From Chrysomallon squamiferum (Eukaryota > Animalia > Mollusca): a DNA stretch of 64,000 bases. The translations under genes and the position numbers were made by a program. This document shows, in pieces, positions 42,038-54,964 of this stretch (position 1 is the stretch's first letter; the number at the start of each line of letters is the position of its first letter). The notes below the pieces were generated by a model that saw only the letters and a list, made by a program, of their open reading frames with translations, made no database searches and was not told the DNA's origin. Where the stretch lies: contig CM022670.1 in assembly GCA_012295275.1 (NCBI GenBank), forward strand, positions 23,250,001-23,314,000. The letters are read 5' to 3'.

Positions 42038-42240
42038 TTCTATCTATCTGCCTGACCTCTGCGTATCTATCTGCATGTTATCTTATCTACCTGTCTGTCT
42101 ATCTACCTATCTGCCTATCTATCTGCCTATCTGCCTATCTGTATGTCTATCTACCTACCTACCTGCTTACATAGCTAGTTCTATCTATATATCGATATAT
42201 ACAACCATACACACACACACACATATATATATACATAAAT
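42038..42240. repeat. degenerate (CTAT/CTGC/CTAC)n tract with (CA)n/(TA)n
   Basis: atctgcctatct-type units. Confidence 0.85.
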
Positions 42241-42299
42241 ACACGCATCAATACGATGTCTTGGATTGTTTCTTTCAGATAACTTATGTAATCAGAGCC

Positions 42300-43300
42300 C
42301 TTTTCATCTGAGGCTGGTTTCTTCACTACAACACTGAAAGAAATGGGAGTCAGGCTGAGCGATTGTTCTTGGCATAACATACGACTGCTGATTGAAATCA
42401 AGAAATATTACGAAACCAGGAATTATTACCCATGTCTTGTCAGACCAACTTACCACCGTCTTCCTCCTCGTTCACACAAGGAAGGAGGCTGTCGTCAGCG
42501 GCGGAGCCCCGCCCCTCGGTCTCACGTTTCGCCCAATGTTTACCGGCGCAGTGTGCTTGTTTCGCTGTGGCGTGACGACCAAACCGTCTCTCACGAATTC
42601 GCCACGGCCTCTGCATACATTAACACTTACTTCTCGCCGTCCCATACAGCGAGCCAGCGATACGTTCAATAAACGGTCCATTCACGAAACGTGCTTTCGC
42701 TTCGGCATGTGCGCCACGAGTTGTTTTGTGATCAAACCAGCACGGAAAAGGTGACAATTTATTCACTTACACGTTCAATACGTTCTGTATGTGTGTATAT
42801 TTTTTTCCTTCTTCGACTGACACATTGGCGTGTTGTGCACGTACATCGAGGCAACAGCTCTGTGCATGCCACGATCTGATCACTGTAAAAAGAAAAAAAA
42901 AAAAAAAAAAATTAAAATATCGGCTTCGACTGGAGTATCAATGGCTATCGGGGATTAGACATTTCTCCGTACGTCGTTGTAGCACATTCTGTGTAGACGG
43001 ATTTTCCCATACTCCGCTAATCAACGCCACGGAACTGCTCATTGTGAGTAGCAGGGAAGACTCGCAGTGCTTCGCTTCGTGATCGACCGATCTTGCAGTC
43101 TTCAGTTGCGAGCAGCTTCTGCCAGTCAGCGCACACGCACGCAAACACGGTCGCAGCGAGACTCTGGTCACAGTTGAGCGTTATAAATATAGATGTTAAA
43201 ATGATCCAGACTTGATTAGATCATTCTCTATCCACAGAGCTATTATGAAAAGCAACAAGATTCCTATCACAGCACGTCATACGCTGGTAATGTTTCGTCT
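42300..43300. promoter_or_regulatory. promoter-like CpG-dense island
   Basis: Among the most GC/CpG-rich kilobases of the window; GC box CCCCGCCCC 42507-42515, CCAAT 42533-42537, CRE half-site TGACG near 42573, TATAAATA 43182-43189. Confidence 0.45.
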
Positions 43301-44333
43301 GTAAAAGAGGACAAGAGAGAAATATATATTTTTTTTGTTGTTGTTGTTTTCTGTACGGGAGAAATGTTTACTGTACCCAAGTCTACAGGGATTGGGATGG
43401 AACGTACTTTTGGGATTATAACGTTTCTAATCATCTGTGTTTGGATATCAAACGGTAAGTTGATTTTATTATTATTTCTTCTTGTATATATATTTACATT
43501 GTTGTTGTTTTTTTGTTGTTTCTGTTTTTTCCTTTCCAATTCTGTTCTTTGTTTATTACACTGTGTGTTGGTTATACTCTGTGTTATTTATGTCACCTCC
43601 CTTTTGTAATCAGTCGGACCGAAACAGTTCTACTATTTATGTCTACCGAAATTATGGTCCAAACATCAGCAGCTTGTTAACGTCGTCTGCTAATTAAAGC
43701 GAGCAGGACAGAGTAAATACCATTATCACACACCTAAATACGGAAGCAGTGCTTTTAATGAATGCCATTACAAGGAAACGTTATTTGTTGTCGGCAAGTG
43801 CCGCAGATGCGAAAGCAAGCTTCTCTTGTGTTTTCACACAAACATCTTCATTCGGCGATATTTGCTGTTAGGATTTCGGGTCAGATATTTGTTATTTCTT
43901 TTGACAATGTCGTCTTCGGAACTAACATGTTTATGTTGCTCGTGTGGCCAGATATGGCATTAAAATGAAGATATTCCGCAGAATTATGATGTCGTTATGG
44001 AACCGTACATCAGAAGAACGGCCATTAAGATAGGAAAACACATGATATTACTATCTGCCCCAAGCCCAGTCTTCTCGTTAGTTCGAATGACTCAAATATT
44101 GCTATGATGACTGATAACGAACAATACGATAAAGTACATTGTAGGTCACGATAAATATGTTTGCAATAATAAAAAATGTAAGAAAACATAAAAAAATAAA
44201 TAAAATAAAATAAAATAAAATAAAATAAATAAATAAAACAATTATAGTAAAATATCTTTCCACCCCCCCAAAAAAAAAAAATCACCCTCTATAAAAGGTG
44301 GTTTTTCAATATATCTCTTTAAGAGGAAATGTC

Positions 44334-44335
<2 letters not shown>

Positions 44336-44425
<90 letters not shown>
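44336..44425. repeat. (AAT)n microsatellite
   Basis: Direct observation. Confidence 0.96.
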
Positions 44426-46028
44426 TAAAATAACAATGTTGTTTTTGTTATTCATAACAAAATTAGTGTTCAGTTTCTGATGTCGAAAACCTCCAGGCAT
44501 ATATAAAAAAAAAAAAAAAAAATAATAATTTACATTTTAAATGAAGAACTGAAATCTCTCTTGGTTGTGTGTTTTGTTACAGAGATCAAGTCATCGCAAA
44601 AGGAAAAAAAAAAAATGTTCACCTTGTTATAACATAATTTACAACATGACAGACTATATGAATAATTAATTTACAAGTAAATTTAACATGCATTGTCTAA
44701 CATCATCACCTGATAAAATCTCAAACTCGGTTATTGTTTTAATAAATAAAGATAATGGAAAAAACATACATAATAAGAAAATGTTCTGCGCGGGGAGTCA
44801 TTTGGGAACGTATTTTAGTCTAGATTTCGTGCAGAAATATATTTACTGTCTATTGGAAGTTTATTAAATAATTAAAAATAATACGTTTACTCAGTGAGAT
44901 GTAAATCTGAACAAGATTTGAAAGAAAGAAGATTTATTATCATTATGAATATTGTTATTATTATTATTGTTATTTATTGTTATTGTTACTGTTGTTATTG
45001 TTGTTGTTGTTATTGATCATTAGTAATATATAACTGAAGACACTTTTTTTTATTTAAAAAATATTTATCATCACTTTTCACCAATCCAGCCCTTTAAACT
45101 GGACTAAGACTGGATGTATATTATTTCTGTACAATAAGAGTTTTCGAACAACAACGTGTGCAAACAAAGCACGGTTTAAATGACTACGATTTGAAATATT
45201 AATTATTTTTCACTAATCTCTTTTAGCATGTTATACTATCCCAAAATTCTTTAAACATAACGTATTTAAACGATCAAGCGGTATAAAAACTTGACCACGA
45301 TTTAAAAACAGAAAATATTTATTCCCGTTTACCTGCAGTATATATCACATTAATGATGTGACAGTTTAACAATTTATAATTTATATGAGGAATCCATCGG
45401 CGCGTGACTGCACCGTGGTTTAATTGGTAATCGTGTTTGAATAAAAACCTGCCCTAACAAGATGTAAATAATCCAAACCCCCTGGGGGAGGGAACTGCCA
45501 GCATTAACAGTTGTAAATCTGTAACAATAACACGACGGTTTCCTGCGACAATATTTGTGTTAGTTGTTTGGTATTGTTGAAATGATGAATTTCAGACGTA
45601 GCATTCCAGATGTGTAACAGTCACTTGTATGGTCTGACAACATTTGACAATGTATGTAGAAATCTGCCCGCATGTTGGTTGCCTTAGCAGTTTATTTATA
45701 CAACTGTCGAGTTCGTGGCATTGTTTTATTTATACCTTTATGTCGAATTTATAATGTCGTTGTAGTTGGATAATGGATGCATTTATATTGTTGTATTTGT
45801 GGAACTGTAGTCGTAGTCGCAGACGATATATATATATAAAAGAGAATACGAAATAATTACATTTTATAAATAAATAAATATCTTTATCTAGCATTACATA
45901 ATTTTAAATTTTTATTTCAAATTTAAATGAAGTTATAATTAGGAGATTGTTGTCCAGAGAACTTAAAAATTTAGACCATTCTGTTTTGTTTCGTACAAAA
46001 CAAACAACAAAACAAAATAGAATGAACT

Positions 46029-46032
46029 GTTA

Positions 46033-46112
<80 letters not shown>

Positions 46113-46136
46113 TATTTTTATTTATTTATTTATTTA
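46029..46136. repeat. (ATT)n-(ATTT)n microsatellite
   Basis: Direct observation. Confidence 0.96.
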
Positions 46137-48470
46137 AATCATTATTTTTATTTCACATTTGAACAGGAAACACACTAATTGAATCTCGTTAGATAGTTTA
46201 TTAAAAAAGAATTTTTTTAAAAAGCACTTTACAAAACGGAATGTAGAAAATCTGTAAGGTCATGCATGCTGTCACATTTCCACACTGTTTCGTTTTGACA
46301 CGTGATGATTTGCCGTCCGTCTCATTCTCGGAATAGAGGCTAATACAGACTAATGGCTAAATGCAATGGAAACTCGATCACAATGGAATGGACTTCCTCG
46401 TGTACGGGAACCTTTCCCCAATTACTTACTGCTCTCTGTACTGCAGCGATAAGCAACGAAATCTTAAACCGTGTAAAATACAACGTTGTTTTATTTGAGA
46501 ACACGATCTGAGGAGATAACGTCATCTGTTTGCTCAGAGGGGCAAGCAAGGTTTCCTTAGGGTCAAGAGTGTGTTCTTCACTTGTCCTGGCAGAATGTGA
46601 TATGTCGGCAAACACTGCTAACAATTGGGTCCCAGACACTTCTCAAGATCGTGTCCACCGACAAAGAGAATTGTCTTTTTGTCGAATTCTTCTTAATGGA
46701 TTAGGAAACAGTATTCTAACCTCACTTGACTCGACTCGTCCTCCAGCGTGCGACTGTCAGTAAACACAGAAGAAATAGCTTTGCAGGCTTGACAGAAAAT
46801 ACGTAACTTCGTTATAAATAGTTAATACAAGTCTTGCGATTATTATTTAATATTGCACGGTTATGAGATGAAATGTTCGAAGATTAAAATGTTTTCTCAC
46901 ATGTGTATTCGTCTGCGACGGGCCATCTAAACAAACTATTAGTCATATCGCAGAAAAATTGTTAGCAAAAGGTGGTAATCGCTTGGCCTCGTTTCTCTTC
47001 AATTTTCAGTCATGGATTTATAATTATTTTCTGTTCTGCTCATTTCTGGAAGCCGAATAAATCCAGACATTTTATGGGCAGCGCTTGTTATTGAGTGGAT
47101 ATTGATGGGAACCTGTTATCGATCACTGTTAAATGCAAGAATCAAAAGAACACCCTACAACTGATCAATGCCACTGACATATTATTTTGATAGATTGTTT
47201 CGTCAATTTTTATTTACATTTGTATACAACAGGATAATGCTAAAATCTCAAAATCCATGTGAATATTTCGTTTCTTAATCTAATCAATAAAATATAACTT
47301 AAACCCTTTCTCTTGAAATATAATTATAAAAAGTGACGTTATAAATAGGCTGACATATAGAAAGTTCGTTTATGGTATAACAAGCGGCATGTAATTGTTA
47401 TCAAGTTGTTCTGAGTGTTTGCTGTCAAATTTAGATTGACATAAACACACAATCTGCGCTAATTTCTAGCATAATAAAAGCATTAACCCGCGAACATCAT
47501 CTGGCATTCAGAATATCACAGCGTTTGAACTGTTATACAATCCAAACATTTCGATCGTCCATTCATCATTTATCACCGCAACTGCAACAATACTGCTTGC
47601 TAGTCATTCAGATTGTGCTATTCTCTCTGTTTACGTCTGCTAACGTTTCGCCTTTCTGGTCATAATGCGTTTCGCAGACGATATTTCTCGGCAGATATCA
47701 CAGAACGCTGACATCTACGTGTATCTTCATCACGTGTGAAACATTCCCCTTGTAATAATATCAGTATCCGCTTGCTGTTGATAAAATATTTACTGCTAAT
47801 GACGGGCGGCTAAGTGATCTCGTGTAATGAATAAGCCTAGTTTGAAGATGACCGCCATATCCCCAGGGGAAAATATCCAAAAAGAATCATGGGCCGCGGA
47901 GCGCGTGCCGCCTCGTCTGCTTTCGGAGAGACAGCGCCATCTGTACTGCTGTGTAGTTTCTTGTTTGTAGTCGTATTCGCCGCCATTGTTTCTCTCGGCG
48001 TTCAAAGGAATCTTTGTTGGTTGAAACAATACGGTTCGATACTAACGTCCTAGCAAAAGGATTGTGTAACCTTATTGGAAATTTGATTTGAATCGCCGAG
48101 GACGACTCAGAATTGAATAACTTCGTCAATGTGTTTTTTCTTCAGCTGCTATTGTAATTTTATTTTCCTCTGTAAATGTATTTTGCAGTCAATGTCTCTA
48201 TTCTGCTGAGACTAATTGTCTGCAGTTGGACTATTCGGAATTTAAACGTGATTTGAAACGCTACAACACACTCGCTTTATTGTCGTTTTTAAATTGTTTT
48301 CCGGTTGTCATCGTAATTTTTTTTTAAAGATAATTGTATATAACTACAGAAATGTTTTGTTGTTTATTGAATTAAAAATATTTTTATATCACAGTCATTA
48401 TAGTTAATCAGCATCAGTATTAGCATCATTTTCGCAATCTCTAATACTACTGCTCCTAGTGCTACTACGA

Positions 48471-48539
<69 letters not shown>

Positions 48540-48540
48540 T
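48471..48540. repeat. (ATT)n microsatellite
   Basis: Direct observation. Confidence 0.97.
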
Positions 48541-49112
48541 GATGAAAAGGTTTTGGTCGTGGATGGAATGGAACTAAAATTAAATTGACTTGATCTTTTC
48601 TTGAAAAAAATATGAATATTAATCCAGTGATAAGGATTGAAAGGTTATTTTTAAATAGATGAAATAAATAAATTATAAGGGATTTTCTGAAATTAGCAGT
48701 ACTTTAATACCCATCTGTGACTGTTTTAATGATTATTAAAACATTGCGGCTGTTTAGCGGGCTGTAACCTGCCAATATCCACTGAACAAAATAGATAAAA
48801 TCGATATTAACTTGCAGCCATTGCGTGTTAAGAAATTTTCTTCCCGGGAATCATTGAAATCTAAATTTTTAATAGATGATATCCGCTTTTTGTCAGTTGT
48901 TCAGCGGGAAGCACTTTAACCAGTGCACACTTTTAACTGCAGTTATGAAATAGTTCACTCTGTGTTATCTTCTAGAAAGTTTAAAAGATCTTGTACAGTT
49001 CGTTTTTATCTGAAACAAAACAATCATTCCATAAAGGTTTGACGTTTAAATAGATGAATGTTGTACATATTTATGTGCATGTGTTTGCATTGTTATGGAA
49101 TCAGTGTAAAAT

Positions 49113-49153
<41 letters not shown>

Positions 49154-49159
49154 AATAAT
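49113..49159. repeat. (GAT)n microsatellite
   Basis: Direct observation. Confidence 0.96.
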
Positions 49160-51418
49160 TTTTTTCTCATATACATTGTACTTGCAACGACATCTGGGTG
49201 TCCTAGATAGAAAATAAAAAACATGTTCTCTGTTTATGTATTCGTGCGGTGATTCCTTTCTGGTTATCACAGGAGGAATAAAGAAAAATATATCCTTGGA
49301 GACCCAGCGAAGTCTTTTCAATTTGAATCATGTGCCACGATGTTTCCTGGCCAAACACACATGCCATCACTATAAAGAGTTAATCACTTATCACCAAGCT
49401 TATACAGCCGGTATGCAATTTACCATCGCCACATGCGGTAATCATTTATTGAAGACAAGATGCAGTCGTGCTGTTTTATTATTAATAACGATGTCTCCGT
49501 TTATCGTTGGAACTGTACCACCAGGCATGGAACAAGACAGTTACTTGTCAGTGGACATTACTCGCTGATGTGTTACGCCGCGGGTGTATTGAGGACTGAA
49601 TGATGAAAATAGGGAACTACGTTCACAGAAAATGATATCTTTTGTGTTTAAATCTGTGTGTTGATATATATACACTGGCTCAATGAATGATGAAGAATAG
49701 TTTACATAGAGACGTACGTACGGTCCGAACCTTCATAGATATTAGTGTATTTATGTGTGCATGTATGTAGGTAGGTAAGTAGGTATATTTGGGATGTTTG
49801 TGCCTGTTTATTTGTATGACTGCTTATGTACGTATTTAGTGTTGGCATGCGTATGTCAATGCAAGCGTGCACATGCTTATTTATTATTTATTGCACTTGA
49901 AGCAAGTCAAATAAACTGGATCACCTTTCAGACTTCATCAGTATAACGTTTCTTCTTCACGCAATAACTCTATCTGTAGAGAAAACTCTTGGTCATGCAT
50001 CAGTTTGACGTTTCTGTCAGCTCTGTTTGAATGGGATTCTGGGATTAACCTCCGATCTCGTTCAGAGTGTAAAGTTCTGCATTTATTACGTTCGGTGTGT
50101 AAAATATCGCCGATGTTATCAAAGATGGATGACATTTCTTTGTGCTTTTCACGAATGCCAGTTGTGTTTAACACAACTTCAATTATCGCAGATTATGCTG
50201 TCACACAGTGTTTCAAATTCATTCGGCGATTTTCGAAGTAACAGAAATGACATTTTACGACCTTTGCATATCTACATTTCCCTGTCGGTGCTTTGAATTA
50301 GTTTAAAAACAAAACAAACAGTTATCACACAGGACAAGTGTAACACCTCCTCTTTATGCATGCGTTAGAGATAACATCTACACACAAACGTCTAATTTTT
50401 TCTTGATCTCAAGGGACTGACTTTCTTTAAAACCATCACACTGTGCCGTAGTTGTATCTATCGCGTTTTCGTTAATAATTTACGACAAAATTCCTGTGAT
50501 ATCTCAACATGGGAATATTATCATCGCACGACATGGAATACAGAAGTGAAGCAGAACGAAAACACATTACATGGAATAACTAACTTTATGTCTGTGTTCT
50601 AAGATTCAAAGATAGTTTAGATAGATGAGTGTTTTTTTTTTTTTTTTTTTTTTTGTATTTGTAATCGGATAACAAAGGCAATATGACGATATCATATATG
50701 TGAATAAACATCAGTAATTACACATATGCATATAGATTAATTATATTAACATATATCTTCATCAGTCCATCATTGCATATACATTCACACAGATAAAAGC
50801 ATGCATATAAGCATGCACAAATATAAGTGTTGTACTGAAATTCAGTAATTATATCTCAAGAAGATACTTGATATCTGATACAACATTTGGCAATTTCGAA
50901 GGCGTTATCATGCCAACACTTTGAACAACAAAAATCTGACAGCCTCCCTTGACTCCAGTTTTACAAAAATATCTTGTTTCCTCATCTATGCAGCATTCAT
51001 CCATTAGCTGTATGTCCAGTCGCATTTGGCGAGATGATTTGTTTGGACAGCATCAGTGGAAGGAACTAATGACGCCACCATTTGTGACCCATAGATCATG
51101 CACGTCACGGTTTTGCTATCCATCATCAAAGTACTGCGTGAACTGGCCAGCCAGCATATCGTGTGATCAGAGTGGTTAGTGGTGCACTGCGAATGAGAAA
51201 ATTTTAAAAACCTGTCCTCGCAGTTGTGTTACCCATCACTGAACATGACATTTCACGATGGACTGGGGGTGCAGCTGGTGTGATGAAATGCTGTTGTACT
51301 GGCTGAAAATTTAGACTTCTGATGCTAACATCTCTCTATGTCCTTTCTTGAATCATAGACGTACTTCAACAGATATTTGAAGGAAACGTACTAATAACTA
51401 ACAGACACACAGATATCT

Positions 51419-51570
<152 letters not shown>

Positions 51571-54227
51571 CGTGTATCTTTATTTCTACATATGTATACA
51601 TATATACTGGTGATGCAGAAGTTCTAATCCAGTTATTATAAATTATGCAAAATAAGAAACGATAAATAATATTAGTAGTATTAAAAGATATATTTGAGGT
51701 ATTTCCATTGATCTTGCTTTGTGTTTTGCTCAGAAGGCAATAATCCTACGAGATATATATATGCAAACAGAAGTTTTAAGCTAAACAACACCACGGACAG
51801 AAGAAACAATTACAGGACAAATCACATTTGTCTTGTGGCGGAAGTGACGGAAATAGACGAAGAAGGGAGGTCACTGGATCCTGAACTTCCAGTCTAATAT
51901 TTATAAGAATCTCTGATCAAGCCTTGTGGGTCAAGTCTAGCGAACGATAATGCATTTTCCATTGATTGTCTTTGTTAATGTGGTTTTGCGGCGTGTGATG
52001 TCGGCTGACCGCTCTGCCTAGCTACAAAGCACGTTCTTGTGCTTGGTTTTTTGTCATTAACAGAGGTTGTAGGAGTTAATGTTTCAGTACTTGTAACACG
52101 ACGCGATGCTTTCGTGTACAGTTGGTTCAGGATTTTTAATTTTGTGCTCGTTCACATCACTCCGCGTTGTCACTGCTGTAATTTAAAGTCGGCTGGAATA
52201 AACCTTTTCTGAAAAGGAAAACCTGTATTCTTGACGTATTACTTTTTTAAATGATAAGAGAAAATTAAATCAATAATAGCGACAGGTAATCAACCAGTCA
52301 GGGTGTTTTCTCCCTTTCTGACTTTTGTTAACAAAAATAAAAATACAAAACAAACCAAACCAAACAAAAAGTGTCATCGAAAGGGGACATATATCAGCTG
52401 AAAACTATGAAATAAAACAAAAATTTCCTCTTCCCAAAATAATTACAATAGGTTTGTACATATTAAATATCTTCTTTTTACTAAAAAACCATCTAATTCC
52501 AAAATAATTAAAAAATAAATAAATAATAGACGAAAAACTGAAAAGAAAGCCACCTTAAAAATACTAATTGTTATTAAAGAGTCACGTTTAATTATTATAA
52601 CTCCAGTGAAACGAAATTGTATTTGAAATTTTAAAAAATTAACAGTTCTTTTCATATGTCTGTTTCTGTGACGTCTCCCTTCCCTCAAGGCCAGGGATGA
52701 GGGATTGATTTCAAATTTCATGTCGCGAGACAGCTGATTAATCTGGCCTGCCTCGCCTTGATGGAAATTAAGGTGCTGGATGCCAGAAGAAATATCTGAC
52801 GGGGTTCGTTTTCACTCTGAGAGATAATTGCGTCTCCAATCTGTCACGTGTTGTTGGGAGTCGACTCCGCAGTATCATCTGGCCCTAGAATTTTGTCGAG
52901 TTACGCGACATGTTTTCTCAAGCCCACTCTCTTAATGCACCTCATCTTTCAATTTGCATACTGACAGCCATTGGACGTTTAATACTCTCCTCGCCATATA
53001 TCCGCGGGCATATCGAAATGATATTTATTAGTTTTTGGGATAAAATTCCTCGGAAAAACCATCGCGTATAGAATAACCGTGTGTAATATTTGTCTAATGA
53101 TGGAGGCATTGACAGTCCTGTCTTGCCGTGGCGAATCTTCGGCTTAATCGAGTGATGCATGAAAAAAAAAAAAAAAAAATTTAAAAAAAACTAAATAAAA
53201 AACAAAAAAAAAACCACCGAGTCATACTAAAAACATGTATTGTTTAGAATGGTAATAGAATGCAAACACATAAGCCTTTTGAATTCCTTTAATAAAATAT
53301 TTATTCCTCGTGTTTCTTCGAGGGATAAAGTTTCTTTCAGAATATTCTTCCCAAAAAATTACTAGAACAGGACGGAATATTAATATGGAATTTTCAACAG
53401 AATTGTAGCGGTACAATAAAGCAAAGCGTTGTTCCGTAATGTTTGGAATTTTTAAATTTTAATACTTATTGTTTTGTGGCCAAAAGGATCGGTAAAATTA
53501 CAAAGAGAATTTTATATGACTTTTTTTTTTCTGTTCGATATGTCCTATTTTAATCCCTGTATCAATTAATAGAATTATGAACTTACTGTAACCGAAGTAC
53601 ATGAAATGTATTAGACTATATTGATTATTACGCACTAAACACAATCATTTCTAAATAGAAAACAACTTTCAATTGATAAATTATATTAAAATTTTCACTG
53701 ATTTATTATATTTGTGTTCTTTATTAGTCTGTATAAAATTGTTAACCTTACTACACTAAAGTTATTTTTATCATTTAGAAAAACAAAAAAAAAAAAAAAA
53801 AACCCCACATTTAATATGTTACTACTACAAAACCTAAAAATATACAAATTCAGTCCGTTGGTATTGTTGCAATATTTAAATATTTTCACCATAACACTTT
53901 CGAGTTAAAAAAAAAAAAAAAAATAAATAAAAAAAAAAAAAAATGAAATATTGCAGTCATTTTTCATTGCATTTAATATTCGAGAAATCGAGATTTCACC
54001 GAGCGTCCATTCAGTAAGCAGGGTCTGTTTGGTGTGTAGTTTGAGGAATTGTAATGGTTAGTCTTGATTGAAATTCACAGCTGTTCTCGACCATCGATTA
54101 ATAGATGACAGGTAATCAACAGCAGTATGTTACTTTCAAATCATTCATCATTTGTCAGCTGTGCCCATACACACTGTGGTCACAGACAGCCAGCAGACCT
54201 CGGTACAGTTAACTGTAGTTAACAGAG

Positions 54228-54585
54228 TTATTTACTTTATTTTATTTTACTTCATTTTATTTTATTTTATTTTATTTTATTCTATTTTATTTTATTTGTT
54301 TTTGGGGTTTGGGGGGGGAGTTTATTTTATTTTATTTTCGTTTTATTTATTTATTTAGTTTTTAATTTAATTTAATTTAATTTTGGTTAATTTTATTGTT
54401 TTATTTTTTTTTTTTTAATTTTTTATTATTATTATTTTATTATTTTATTGTTTTTTTATTGTGTGTGTGTTTTTTTTTCGCCCATGCGTTTGTTTTTTTT
54501 TTTTTTAAGTTTACTTCAGTTTTATTTAATTATTTTTTTTTTATTATTTTATTATTTAATTTCATTTTAGTTTTATTTAATATTT
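54228..54585. repeat. T-rich low-complexity tract including (TTTTA)n
   Basis: Direct observation. Confidence 0.9.
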
Positions 54586-54837
54586 TGATGCTTAATCATA
54601 TACATTTTCTAACAAAGAAAAACAAAACACGGAGAAAATGTGTGAAGAAAAGCAAGGAATTTTCTTTGTAACTCTAGTCATTAATTTTATTTTGACATTT
54701 TTACGTGCTTAATTTAACCTAATTTAATTTAATTTAATTTTATCAGGTTATCCAACCATCCATCTGTTCGTACATCGAATAAAAAAGAAAAAATATCAAA
54801 AGAACATGTTTTGTTAATCTAAAGATTAAATATTTAC

Positions 54838-54964
<127 letters not shown>

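Noticed and set aside
51179-51232. Hairpin gtggtgcactgcga...tcgcagttgtgttac
   Set aside because: About 14 bp with several G-U pairs and a large loop; expected by chance
51717-51738. Resemblance to miR-315 (ctttgtgttttgctcagaaggc)
   Set aside because: Mismatches fall in the seed and there is no convincing star arm
51789-51800. CACCACGGACAG, the centre of the REST/NRSE consensus
   Set aside because: Both conserved ends (TCAG and CGCC) mismatch, and canonical REST sites are a vertebrate feature
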